From NCBI GenBank assembly GCA_964388175.1, contig CAYLYS010000003.1, positions 6,870 to 70,869 of the forward strand: DNA of 64,000 nt. Reading direction: 5' to 3'. A model generated the notes under the pieces. It was given only the letters and a program-made list of their open reading frames with translations, ran no database searches and was not told where the DNA came from. Positions 55,538 through 64,000 of this stretch are shown one piece after another. The stretch's first letter is position 1. Each line of letters opens with the position of its first letter. The translations under genes were made by a program, and so were the position numbers. Source of the DNA: an uncultured Chromatiales bacterium. Its GTDB lineage: Bacteria; Pseudomonadota; Gammaproteobacteria; SZUA-140.

Positions 55538-55906
55538 GTGGCTATGCATGGTGTGTTTGATGACACGTTCCGCGACATACCATCGAATATTGTAAAGATG
55601 CAGGAGGTCGGCATCTTCGCCAGAGACTTTGACGACGCCGTAGGGAATGCGCAAGAGTTTTCCAATGTTACGAACCAGAATGCAATTCCATATTGGCCTC
55701 TTGGGCCAAACAGCAACTCATACGCTTCGACGTTTGTCGAGAGCTTTACTGGTTCTCGTCCCAACCCCATTGTGAGCGCGCCAGGGTCAGATATGGGCCG
55801 GCCTTCGTCAGCACTGCCCTACTCGCCAGCGCCGGCTTCCGGCGGCTTCCTCATATATCCAAACAAGCCGAATACCAATTTTTTGCAATGGGTCTACGCG
55901 AAATAA
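55538..55906 (+). CDS. Orphan toxin domain CT3 (122 aa) ending in the conserved tail
   Basis: GTG start one codon after TGA in the same frame as the upstream fragment; …NAIPYWPLGPNSNSYASTFVESFTG…PASGGFLIYPNKPNTNFLQWVYAK*. Confidence 0.45.
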   Translation: MAMHGVFDDTFRDIPSNIVKMQEVGIFARDFDDAVGNAQEFSNVTNQNAIPYWPLGPNSNSYASTFVESFTGSRPNPIVSAPGSDMGRPSSALPYSPAPASGGFLIYPNKPNTNFLQWVYAK

Positions 55907-55921
55907 GGGGCAGCGTAAGCT

Positions 55922-56251
55922 ATGATTGACGTGAAGCGGTTCATGCGCGTGATCATGTTAGCTTGCATAGCAATGATTACGAGTGCCTGCGAGGGGAGCT
56001 GTGAATCAATGGCAAAACAAGTAAGAGCTAACCTTGAGGAACAGCTTCACGTCGGGGACAGTAGGGAAAAAATTGAAGCTGTTCTGCAAAGCATTGGAAT
56101 ACGATATTCCTACGACGAGTTCTCTAATCGCTATCAAAGTACGGTTCGGGAGGAGTGCGGAAAATTTGAAGCTGTCAGCGTGTATGTAAATCTTGACGAT
56201 CAAGGCCGGCTGTCAGCCATTGAGGTGTTTAATTCCTATACCTGGCTGTAG
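55922..56251 (+). CDS. Putative lipoprotein immunity protein for CT3 (109 aa)
   Basis: MIDVKRFMRVIMLACIAMITSAC lipobox-like signal, then soluble domain; starts 16 nt after the CT3 stop. Confidence 0.45.
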   Translation: MIDVKRFMRVIMLACIAMITSACEGSCESMAKQVRANLEEQLHVGDSREKIEAVLQSIGIRYSYDEFSNRYQSTVREECGKFEAVSVYVNLDDQGRLSAIEVFNSYTWL

Positions 56252-56300
56252 CAGCATAGATTGAAAGCCCGATCCCTGCCGATAGACATCTTCTACTGAC
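56234..56300 (+). repeat. Cassette-junction repeat, copy B
   Basis: Matches 54075-54150 (gctgtagcagcatag…gccc…tgccgatag.c.atcttcta…); an additional shared segment g.gatgccgcatagac…gc.gcaac at 55262-55300 and 56310-56343. Confidence 0.6.
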
Positions 56301-56398
56301 TCCGGCTGTGGGATGCCGCATAGACAGTCAGCGCTGCAACTAAAAAGGCGAGGGCATAAACGGATTTCGCCACCCCGAGACCCTTCGTATCGCTCGGC

Positions 56399-56824
56399 TT
56401 GATGGTTATCGACCAAAACAGCCTGACCATCGCTACTCTGAATGCACCAAGAAGTGTTCAGTTCGAGGCCGAGGACTCCGTATACACGGTGATAGTGACC
56501 GGCATTTCGGGAGGATCTCTTGGGTTCTTCGGACTGAATGTCACAGGGTCCGTATTTCCAATCACCAACTATATCTACGACGGAGTCTACCGTCTGACCG
56601 CGGCAGACCGGCCCGCCACGGCCAACGATGAAGCTTTCACCTATGAAAGGCGAGAATTGACGCTTCAGGTTAGCGCCGGACGGCGGGCAGGCGAGGAGGG
56701 GAAGGCGGTCGAAATCGCTTTCTTGGATTTGGGCGTTGCAGAGGGATATGGCAGACACTTGGCGGCCACACTGGGCCGCGGACGGCAAATAGGAGCGAGG
56801 ATCGCCAGCGGGATAGTGTCTTGA
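56399..56824 (+). pseudogene. rhs fragment 4: YD-repeat end region (NYIYDGVYRLTAADRPATANDEAFTYE) without a downstream core
   Basis: Paralogous to 52600-52700 (TYTYDVLYCLTAVNRPDTANNEAYT); truncated. Confidence 0.5.
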
Positions 56825-56897
56825 GCCGATGAGCCCTATTTGCTAGAATCAATATTAATCAAAGTGATTTATTTTGAATCAAGGCAGGAGGAATGCC

Positions 56898-57167
56898 ATG
56901 GCCAAAGCTGAGACTCGCGTGCTAACAGCGCATGTACCCGCTCCGCTGGCGGACAAGGTAGATCAGCTGGCCAGCCGCCTCGATCGTTCGCGCGGTTGGA
57001 TCATGAAGCAGGCCCTCGCTTCCTGGATCGCCCAGGAGGAAGAGCGCGACCGGCTGACACACGAAGCGCTGGACGACGTGGATGCCGGCCGCGTCATCGA
57101 TCACCAGGCCGTGCAGGCATGGGCGGACAGCTTGAGCACGGATCAGCCGCTGCCAGAGCCTCGCTGA
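56898..57167 (+). CDS. Ribbon-helix-helix antitoxin (ParD/CopG type)
   Basis: MAKAETRVLTAHVPAPLADKVDQLASRLDRSRGWIMKQALASWI…; AGGAGG SD; stop overlaps toxin start (TGATG). Confidence 0.7.
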   Translation: MAKAETRVLTAHVPAPLADKVDQLASRLDRSRGWIMKQALASWIAQEEERDRLTHEALDDVDAGRVIDHQAVQAWADSLSTDQPLPEPR

Positions 57168-57442
57168 TGGATTTGAAGTGGACCAGCAAGGCGCTTGCCG
57201 ACTTGGCACGCCTGCATGAATTCCTGGCCCCTGCAAACAAGCTTGCCGCCGCGCGGGCGGTACAGGCGCTGACCAAAGCGCCAACAGTTCTGCTGACCAA
57301 TCCACGTATCGGCGAGCAACTGTTCCAGTTCGAGCCGCGCGAAGTTCGGCGGATCTTGGTCGGGCAGTACGAGATGCGTTATGAGATTGCGGACGGAACT
57401 GTCTATGTGCTGCGGCTCTGGCATACCCGCGAGGAACGATAG
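57167..57442 (+). CDS. ParE/RelE-family toxin
   Basis: MDLKWTSKALADLARLHEFLA…RIGEQLFQFEPREVRRILVGQYEMRYEIADGTVYVLRLWHTREER. Confidence 0.75.
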   Translation: MDLKWTSKALADLARLHEFLAPANKLAAARAVQALTKAPTVLLTNPRIGEQLFQFEPREVRRILVGQYEMRYEIADGTVYVLRLWHTREER

Positions 57443-57858
57443 CGAAGCTGAGCGACACCGCCGGTGTAACGCTGAAGGCCTTGGGCGGCGCTTTCTTGGT
57501 GGAAATCACCACGCGCACCGGGGTCTGCGGTCTTGGCAAAGGCCCGTGGTTCGGAGTCGCGTCGGTTCGGCCAATCCAACCCGCGTCGTTTCCGCGTGTC
57601 TTGTCAGGCGCGCAGAGGAACAACCATTACACATATGCCCCGGTATGATCCATCTGAAGAGCACCCATGAGGCAGAAGCCGTAGTCCGAGCCATGGATCA
57701 ATCGAAATACGTTCACGGGGAGAGCATCAGGATCGGGTGAGGGTTCGGAATCGGACGGGGGGTGGAGACGGAACCGATCGCCGCCAGGCAACAGAGACCG
57801 GCTGGGAAGGCGCGGGCATCTACTGGTAGGATGGAGCTTGAAGGGATATCAGAACGTT

Positions 57859-57945
57859 TGGTGCCGAGGAGAGGACTTGAACCTCCACGGGGTTTCCCCC
57901 ACTAGCACCTGAAGCTAGCGTGTCTACCAATTTCACCACCTCGGC
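57859..57945 (-). tRNA. tRNA-Leu (anticodon CAG), CCA encoded; its 3' end faces the island
   Basis: Reverse complement GCCGAGGTGGTGAAATTGGTAGACACGCTAGCTTCAGGTGCTAGTGGGGGAAACCCCGTGGAGGTTCAAGTCCTCTCCTCGGCACCA, near-identical in architecture to E. coli leuT-type tRNA. Confidence 0.9.
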
Positions 57946-58069
57946 GGGTGAACTACGGCGGCGGGAACTGGCTGCGCCGTAAGACCGCGCAACTTTAACC
58001 ATAAGGTGTCATAATGTCAAACCCGACGGGGACCGAAAGGATGAAGCCCTGGAATAACAAGCGATTGAC

Positions 58070-60361
58070 ATGATACCCCCTGCCAAGACAGACCCCCACG
58101 CCTCTCGTGAGGCACGCAAATACGAGCGACCGATCAAGAGTCGGGAATTTATTCTCGACCATCTCGAACAGCGCAAGACACCGCTCAGCCTGGAGCAGAT
58201 CGCCCACGACCTCGAACTGAACGACGAGACCGACGTCGAGGCGCTGCGCCGGCGCCTGAATGCCATGGAGCGTGACGGACAACTGGTGCGCAACCGCCGC
58301 GGCCACTACGGCGTGCTCAGCAAGATGAACCTGGTGCGCGGCCGCGTGATCGGCCATCCCGACGGTTTCGGCTTCCTGGTGCCCGACGAAGGCGGCGATG
58401 ATATTTTTCTTTCCGCCAAGCAGATGCGGCCCGTGCTGCATGGCGATCGCGTGCTCGCGCGGCTGATCGGCACCGACCGGCGCGGACGCCGGGAAGGCGC
58501 CGTGGTCGAAGTGCTCGAGCACAATACCCAGGAAGTGGTCGGGCGCTACTACATAGAGGGCGGTCTCGGTTTCGTGCTCGCCAGCAACAAGCGCATCAAT
58601 CACGACACTGTGATTCCGCCTGACCAGAGCGGGGGCGCGCAGGAAGGGCAGATCGTGGTCGCCGCCATCACGGATCAGCCGAGCCGGCATTCCCAGCCGG
58701 TGGGACGGGTGGTCGAGATCCTGGGTGATCGCATGGCGCCCGGCATGGAGATCGAAATCGCCATCCGCAGCCACAGTCTGCCGGATCGCTGGCCGGCCGA
58801 AGTCGAGCTGGAGGCTGCCACCTTCGCTGCCGAGGTGCCGGCCGAGGCCGGCGCGGGTCGCGAGGATCTGCGGTCCGTGCCGCTGGTGACCATCGACGGC
58901 GAGGACGCCAAGGATTTCGACGATGCCGTCTACTGCGAACGCGATGGCCGGGGCTGGCGCCTGCTGGTCGCCATCGCCGATGTCTCCTCCTATGTCAAGC
59001 CGGGCATGGCGCTCGACCAGGAAGCGCGCGAGCGCGGCAATTCGGTTTATTTTCCAGGGCACGTCATCCCCATGCTGCCGGAGGTGCTGTCCAACCATCT
59101 CTGTTCGCTGCGCCCGCAGGTCGACCGTCTGTGCATGGTATGCGAACTGCGCATCAGCGCCAGCGGGCAGATCCGCGGCCATCGCTTCTTCACCGGCACC
59201 ATGCGCTCGCATGCGCGTCTCACCTACAACGAGGTGGCGCAGATCCTGGTCGATGAAAATCCGGAGACGATGGCGCGCTACAGCCATCTGCTGCCGCACC
59301 TGCAGGATCTGCACAAGCTCTACCAGGCGCTGCAGAAGGCGCGCGAAAAGCGCGGCGCCATCGATTTCAACACCACCGAGACGCGCATCGTCTTCGGTGA
59401 GCAGCGCAAGATCAGCCGCATCGTGCCGGTCGAGCGCAACGATGCCCACCGCCTGATCGAGCAGTGCATGATCACGGCCAACGTCGCGGCGGCCGAATTC
59501 CTGCTCGAACAGGGACTGCCGGCGTTGTACCGTACCCATCCCGGGCCCAACGCGCAGAAGCTCGACGATCTGCGCAACTTCCTCGGCGGCTTCGGTCTGA
59601 AGCTCGGCGGCGGCGACAGTCCGGCGCCGCGCGATTATGCCCGCCTGCTGGCCGATATCGGTGAACGCCCCGACCGCCGGCTGATCGAGACCGTGCTGCT
59701 GCGCAGTCTGGCGCAGGCGGTCTATGGCGCCGAAAACGTCGGCCACTTCGGACTGGCGCTGGAGGCCTATACGCATTTCACGTCGCCGATCCGGCGCTAT
59801 CCCGATCTGCTGGTGCATCGCGCCATCCGCCATGCGCTGGACAGGCGCACGCTGGAGGATTTCCAGTACAGCGCCACCGACATCCAGAGCATGGGCGAGC
59901 ACTGTTCCATGACCGAGCGCCGCGCCGACGAAGCGACGCGCGACGCCGTCGACTGGCTCAAGTGCGAGTTCATGCTCAACGAGGTCGGCGGCGAATTCCC
60001 GGGCATCATCACCGGCGTCACCAGTTTCGGTTTGTTCGTCGAACTCGACGACATCTACGTGCAGGGCCTGGTGCATATCACCAGCCTGGGTGACGATTAC
60101 TATCACTTCGATTCGGTCAAGCATCTGCTCTATGGTGAGCGCACCGGTGCGCAATTCCGCTTGTCCGACCGTGTACAGGTGAAGGTGGTGCGGGTGGATC
60201 TGGACGAGCGCACCATCGATTTCGTGCTGGCACAGCAGCCGCAGCGCCGCGGCCAGGAAGGAAAGTCCGCGACGGCGCGCAAGGCGGCGGACGGCAAGCC
60301 GGAGCGGAAGAAGAAGCGCAGCCGCAGCAAGCGCAAGAAAAAGGCGCAGGGGGACGCATGA
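58070..60361 (+). CDS. rnr: Ribonuclease R
   Basis: HTH, cold-shock, RNB catalytic (DFDDAVYCE…) and S1 domains, Lys-rich tail; 763 aa. The 794-aa minus ORF across it is antisense. Confidence 0.95.
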   Translation: MIPPAKTDPHASREARKYERPIKSREFILDHLEQRKTPLSLEQIAHDLELNDETDVEALRRRLNAMERDGQLVRNRRGHYGVLSKMNLVRGRVIGHPDGFGFLVPDEGGDDIFLSAKQMRPVLHGDRVLARLIGTDRRGRREGAVVEVLEHNTQEVVGRYYIEGGLGFVLASNKRINHDTVIPPDQSGGAQEGQIVVAAITDQPSRHSQPVGRVVEILGDRMAPGMEIEIAIRSHSLPDRWPAEVELEAATFAAEVPAEAGAGREDLRSVPLVTIDGEDAKDFDDAVYCERDGRGWRLLVAIADVSSYVKPGMALDQEARERGNSVYFPGHVIPMLPEVLSNHLCSLRPQVDRLCMVCELRISASGQIRGHRFFTGTMRSHARLTYNEVAQILVDENPETMARYSHLLPHLQDLHKLYQALQKAREKRGAIDFNTTETRIVFGEQRKISRIVPVERNDAHRLIEQCMITANVAAAEFLLEQGLPALYRTHPGPNAQKLDDLRNFLGGFGLKLGGGDSPAPRDYARLLADIGERPDRRLIETVLLRSLAQAVYGAENVGHFGLALEAYTHFTSPIRRYPDLLVHRAIRHALDRRTLEDFQYSATDIQSMGEHCSMTERRADEATRDAVDWLKCEFMLNEVGGEFPGIITGVTSFGLFVELDDIYVQGLVHITSLGDDYYHFDSVKHLLYGERTGAQFRLSDRVQVKVVRVDLDERTIDFVLAQQPQRRGQEGKSATARKAADGKPERKKKRSRSKRKKKAQGDA

Positions 60362-61161
60362 CGGCGCCGCGCCGCGCAAAGGAAAGGGCGGGCGGCGGTG
60401 AAGGTCTGCTCTGCGGTATCCACGCCGTCGGTGGTTTGCTGCGGCGCCGGCCCGAGGCCGTGCGCAGCGTGTTCGTGCAGGAGGCCGGGCAGAATCCGCG
60501 CCTGGCGGAGATCGCGGCGCTGGCCACGGACCATGGCGTGCGTCTTCTCAGTCTGGGTGCTGATGAGATCGATCGCCGCGCCCAGGGGGCACGGCATCAG
60601 GGTGTCATCGCGCAGTTCGATCTCGACCGCGCCGTTTCCACCGAAGACGAACTCGATGGGCTGCTGGAAAACGTTTTCGGCGCGCCGCCGCTGCTGCTGG
60701 TGCTCGACGGAGTGCAGGATCCGCACAACCTCGGCGCCTGCCTGCGCACGGCCGACGCCGCCGGTGTGCATGCGGTGATCGCGCCGAAGGATCGTGCCGC
60801 CGGGCTGACGCCGGCAGTGTGCAAGGTTGCCAGCGGCGCGGTCGGGCACATTCCTTTCGTCCGCGTGACCAACCTGGCGCGTACGCTGCGCCGGCTGCGT
60901 GAGGCGGACGTCTGGATCGCCGGCGCCGATGCGGCGGCCGAGGATGCCATGTCGCTCTACGAAGCCGATCTGACGCTGCCGCTCGCGCTGGTGCTGGGCG
61001 CCGAGGGCAGCGGCATGCGTCGTCTGACGCGCGAGCACTGCGACTGGCTGGTTTCCATTCCCATGGTCGATGCCGCGGTGGAAAGTCTCAACGTCTCCGT
61101 CGCCACCGGTATCTGCCTGTTCGAAGCGCGGCGCCAGCGGCTGGCTGTGGCGTCCTCCTGA
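60358..61161 (+). CDS. rlmB: 23S rRNA (guanosine-2'-O-)-methyltransferase RlmB (SpoU family)
   Basis: ATGA overlap with rnr; SPOUT motifs LVLDGVQDPHNLGACLRTADAAG, LVLGAEGSGM, NVSVATGICLFE. Confidence 0.9.
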   Translation: MTAPRRAKERAGGGEGLLCGIHAVGGLLRRRPEAVRSVFVQEAGQNPRLAEIAALATDHGVRLLSLGADEIDRRAQGARHQGVIAQFDLDRAVSTEDELDGLLENVFGAPPLLLVLDGVQDPHNLGACLRTADAAGVHAVIAPKDRAAGLTPAVCKVASGAVGHIPFVRVTNLARTLRRLREADVWIAGADAAAEDAMSLYEADLTLPLALVLGAEGSGMRRLTREHCDWLVSIPMVDAAVESLNVSVATGICLFEARRQRLAVASS

Positions 61162-61606
61162 GTGCATGGCGTTAGCGCTAGCGATAGTGGTTGGCGGGGT
61201 GCCGGGCCATCTTCTTCAGGACAGGGAGCCGCTGCGCGCCAACAGTCCTGAAGAAGATGACCTGACACCGCTTGCAAGGGGCTTGATACACGTTTGAGCC
61301 CGTCCATTGGAAGCCTCCGGCGAATAAGCTGAAGAATGCCAGAACGCCTGACTGCGGCGGCAGGGCATGCGCGCAGCGGCTCCCGGTTGCGGAGGGAATG
61401 CCCTGCCGCCGCTTGCCACTGACACTGGCCGTTAATGGCCCGGCGCCGGCCGCTGCCTTCCGCGGTGTCAGACCGCAATTGCCCGCCCCCGAGAAATCCA
61501 TTAGAATTCCGCCTTTGTCCGCACCCATCGGGGCGGGCAGAAAGACAATCCGACAAACTCCTTGCCTTACCGCCATGCGGAAGGCTGCCAACCCGTAAGG
61601 AGCGCA

Positions 61607-61981
61607 ATGAGACACTACGAAATCGTGTTTCTGGTCCATCCTGACCAGAGCGAGCAGGTGCCTGCCATGATCGAGCGCTATCGCTCGACCATCGAAGCGA
61701 CCGGCGGTGCCATCCACCGTCTGGAAGACTGGGGCCGCAGACAGCTTGCCTATCCCATCAACAAAGTGCACAAAGCGCACTATGTGCTCATGAACATCGA
61801 GACCGACAAGAAGACGCTCGATGAGCTGAGCAGCGCTTTCCGCTTCAACGACGCGGTGATCCGCAATCTGATCGTCCAGAGGGACGAAGCGGTGGTCGAG
61901 CCTTCTTTCTTCGCCAAGAACGGCAAGGATGAGGGCGATGGTCAGTCACGGGTCAGGAGCGAGAGATATGAACAACGGTAA
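61607..61981 (+). CDS. rpsF: 30S ribosomal protein S6
   Basis: [25 protein letters not shown]…; TAAGGAG SD. Confidence 0.96.
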   Translation: MRHYEIVFLVHPDQSEQVPAMIERYRSTIEATGGAIHRLEDWGRRQLAYPINKVHKAHYVLMNIETDKKTLDELSSAFRFNDAVIRNLIVQRDEAVVEPSFFAKNGKDEGDGQSRVRSERYEQR

Positions 61982-62207
61982 TCAGCGCGGTAATTTCAGA
62001 CGCAAGAAGTTCTGCCGCTTCACGGTGGAAGGGGTGACGGAGATCGATTACAAGGATATCCAGACCCTGAAGAACTACATACTCGACACCGGCAAGATCG
62101 TTCCCAGCCGGATCACCGGTACGCGCTCGAAGTATCAGCGCCAGCTCGCCACCGCGATCAAGCGGGCGCGTTATCTGGCGCTGCTGCCGTACAGCGATTC
62201 GCACTGA
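61968..62207 (+). CDS. rpsR: 30S ribosomal protein S18
   Basis: …[65 protein letters not shown]; overlaps rpsF 3' end; no priB between them. Confidence 0.95.
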   Translation: MNNGNQRGNFRRKKFCRFTVEGVTEIDYKDIQTLKNYILDTGKIVPSRITGTRSKYQRQLATAIKRARYLALLPYSDSH

Positions 62208-62261
62208 TCCGCTGCGGCGCGGTATTCCGCGCACCGGCAGCGAGATAAAAAACCGGTACTG

Positions 62262-63209
62262 GTGCTGATGCAGGCATTCGCCAATTTCATCCTGCGCGGG
62301 CGTTTGCAGGCCTTGCTGATCGCGGCAGTGGCGGCGGCGCTCATGCTGGTGCTGCCGTTGTTCAGCCATGTCGCAGGCGGTGCCCTGGCGCTGGTCACGC
62401 TGCGCAACGGCGTACGGGAAGGAGCACTGATCGCACTGGGCGCGACACTGGTGCTGGCGGCGCTGGCGTCCTTTTCCGCCTTCGGCGCCGGTGTGGTCAA
62501 CGTGCTCATCACGGCGGTGGTGCTGCTGCTGTGGCTGCCGGTGCTGCTGGGTGCGGGTGCGTTGCGGCTGACGCGTTCACTCGATCTGGCCTTGCTGGCG
62601 GTGGCGGCCTTGGCCGGTGCGGCGATGCTGGTGTTTCACGCCGCCGTCGGCGATGCGCCGGCCTGGTGGCGCTCGGCGCTGCAGGAAACGCTGATACCGG
62701 TGTTGCAGCAGCTGCAGGTGCCATTCGCCGAGGACGACCGCGAACGCATGATCGAGGCCATGTCGCGGATGATGAGCGGTGCGTTGGCCGCTGCCTTTTT
62801 CATTACCGCGATGATCAATCTTTTCATCGGCCGATGGTTGCAGGCGCTGGTCTTCAACCCCGGCGGCTTCGGCGGCGAATTCCGTGCGCTCAAGTTCGGT
62901 CGCCGCGTTGCGATCGCGGCGCTGGCCATGGCGCTGGCGGCGAGCCTGCTCGATGGCTGGCTGGGGAATATGGCCGTCAATCTGCTGTTCCTGTTCGGCG
63001 CGATGTATGCTTTGCAGGGACTGGCGGTGGTGCATGCGATGGTGGCGCTGCTGAATGCGCACCGTGCCTGGCTGATCGCGCTCTACGTGCTCATGCTGTT
63101 TGCCTTGCCGCAGGTGGCGCTGGCGCTGGCGGCGGCGGGATTCGCGGACAGTTGGCTCGACCTGCGCGGACGGGCAGCGAAGCCTGGTGCCGGGAAGGGT
63201 GAGGAATAG
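62262..63209 (+). CDS. Polytopic membrane protein (DUF2232/YybS-like) inserted between rpsR and rplI
   Basis: 315 aa, ~8 TM, Ala/Leu-rich; position typical of non-enteric gammaproteobacteria. Confidence 0.55.
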   Translation: MLMQAFANFILRGRLQALLIAAVAAALMLVLPLFSHVAGGALALVTLRNGVREGALIALGATLVLAALASFSAFGAGVVNVLITAVVLLLWLPVLLGAGALRLTRSLDLALLAVAALAGAAMLVFHAAVGDAPAWWRSALQETLIPVLQQLQVPFAEDDRERMIEAMSRMMSGALAAAFFITAMINLFIGRWLQALVFNPGGFGGEFRALKFGRRVAIAALAMALAASLLDGWLGNMAVNLLFLFGAMYALQGLAVVHAMVALLNAHRAWLIALYVLMLFALPQVALALAAAGFADSWLDLRGRAAKPGAGKGEE

Positions 63210-63334
63210 ATTTCAACCGAATGTTTTATAGATGATTTTATTTTTCATCCTCCTGCGGGATGAGCCATGATGCGCGCCGTGGCGTGCCGTACGGCGCGGC
63301 GGTTGTAGTACTCTTTAAGCGAGGGTGTATCGAA

Positions 63335-63781
63335 ATGAAAGTGATTTTGCTCGACAAGGTGGAGAATCTCGGCGGCCTGGGCGACCTGGTCACGGTCAAG
63401 CCCGGCTATGGCAGAAACTATCTGATCCCGAGCGGCAAGGCGACGACGGCCACCGAGGCCAACATGAAGGCGTTCGAAGCGCGTCGCGCCGAACTCGAAC
63501 GCATCGCTGCCGAAACGCTGGCCGCCGCGCAGGCGCGCGCAGAACGTCTGGGTGAGCTCAGCGTCAGCATCGCCTGCAAGACCGGCGAAGAGGGCAAGCT
63601 GTTTGGCTCCGTCGGCGCCGGCGACATCGCCGAGGCGATCACGCAGGCTGGCGTCGAAGTGAAGAAGCAGGAAGTGCGTCTGCCGGAAGGACAGCTGCGT
63701 CACATCGGCGCCTTCAGCGTCGAGCTGCATCTGCATCCGGAAGTCAACGTCGAGGTCAGCATAGAGATCGTTCCCGAATAA
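63335..63781 (+). CDS. rplI: 50S ribosomal protein L9
   Basis: [36 protein letters not shown]…; 148 aa. Confidence 0.96.
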   Translation: MKVILLDKVENLGGLGDLVTVKPGYGRNYLIPSGKATTATEANMKAFEARRAELERIAAETLAAAQARAERLGELSVSIACKTGEEGKLFGSVGAGDIAEAITQAGVEVKKQEVRLPEGQLRHIGAFSVELHLHPEVNVEVSIEIVPE

Positions 63782-63855
63782 TCTGCCGGCAATAAGTTTG
63801 AGAGCGGGATGAGATCGCCGTGGCGATCCCACGGGAGGCGTATGGAGCGGGTTCG

Positions 63856-64000
63856 ATGCAGGAACTGACAGCGGGCGCGAATCCCGGCGGGCGTGCTGTC
63901 GACAGCCTGCGCATCCCGCCGCATTCGATCGAGGCGGAACAGGCCGTGCTCGGCGGCCTGATGCTGGACAATACCGCCTGGGAAGTGGTTGCCGACCAGG
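63856..64000 (+). CDS. dnaB: Replicative DNA helicase DnaB, N-terminal fragment (continues beyond window)
   Basis: MQELTAGANPGGRAVDSLRIPPHSIEAEQAVLGGLMLDNTAWEVVADQ; rplI-dnaB synteny. Confidence 0.8.
   Translation, partial: MQELTAGANPGGRAVDSLRIPPHSIEAEQAVLGGLMLDNTAWEVVADQ

Larger units (their letters stand above)
50990..57858. mobile_element. AT-rich genomic island adjacent to the 3' end of tRNA-Leu(CAG): decayed array of orphan rhs C-terminal toxin/immunity cassettes plus a ParD/ParE-type toxin-antitoxin pair; no integrase seen
   Basis: Abrupt GC drop after 50971, recovery at 57859; four copies of rhs core/YD-repeat-end sequence, all on the plus strand, frameshifted; junction repeats; TA module next to the tRNA. 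Confidence 0.55.

Noticed and set aside
54075-56300. Integron attC-like sites after cassettes
   Set aside because: Inverted repeats are present but lack RYYYAAC/GTTRRRY boxes; no intI or attI nearby; the rhs homology explains the repeats better.
57630-57740. Short ORF resembling the C-terminal half of an RRM domain
   Set aside because: Too short and partial to call; probably a gene fragment next to the tRNA.
51000-57858. CRISPR array or phage defence system in the low-GC island
   Set aside because: No regular short direct repeats with unique spacers and no cas-like or defence ATPase/nuclease domains; content is explained by rhs remnants and a TA pair.
57995-60379. 794-aa minus ORF
   Set aside because: Antisense to rnr.

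Overview
High-GC (~65%) gammaproteobacterial chromosome segment. Most of it is conserved housekeeping synteny: rarA-lolA-ftsK (minus), ald, trxB, aat-bpt-infA, clpA-clpS/cspD, icd, mnmA-hflD-purB, serS-cysG, miaA-hfq-hflX-hflK-hflC-hisZ-purA, rnr-rlmB, rpsF-rpsR-(membrane protein)-rplI-dnaB. Three accessory stretches interrupt it. First (~22.7-23.2 kb): a small, extremely histidine-rich (HxH)n protein gene with a perfect 20-bp palindrome in its promoter. Second (34.3-50.97 kb): a porin plus OmpR-type two-component pair, a Fur-family-regulated TonB-dependent iron-uptake cluster (receptor, SAM-methyltransferase, periplasmic binding protein, DUF3649-like protein, PepSY membrane protein, DUF3325-like protein), and a giant CheB-CheR-PAS-HisKA-REC hybrid kinase. 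Third, and most interesting (~51.0-57.86 kb): an AT-rich island abutting the 3' end of tRNA-Leu(CAG). It is a decayed array of orphan rhs C-terminal toxin/immunity cassettes with no full-length rhs gene upstream. Several of the toxin tips carry a conserved ~22-aa C-terminal tail (SGG[FY]L.YPNK.N.N..Q.VY.K) followed by small membrane or lipoprotein immunity-like ORFs. The island also holds repeated junction scars, G-homopolymer tracts and a ParD/ParE-type toxin-antitoxin pair. Many long ORFs in the six-frame track are antisense artefacts of the high GC content and are not reported. Coordinates of refined starts may be off by 1-2 nt.
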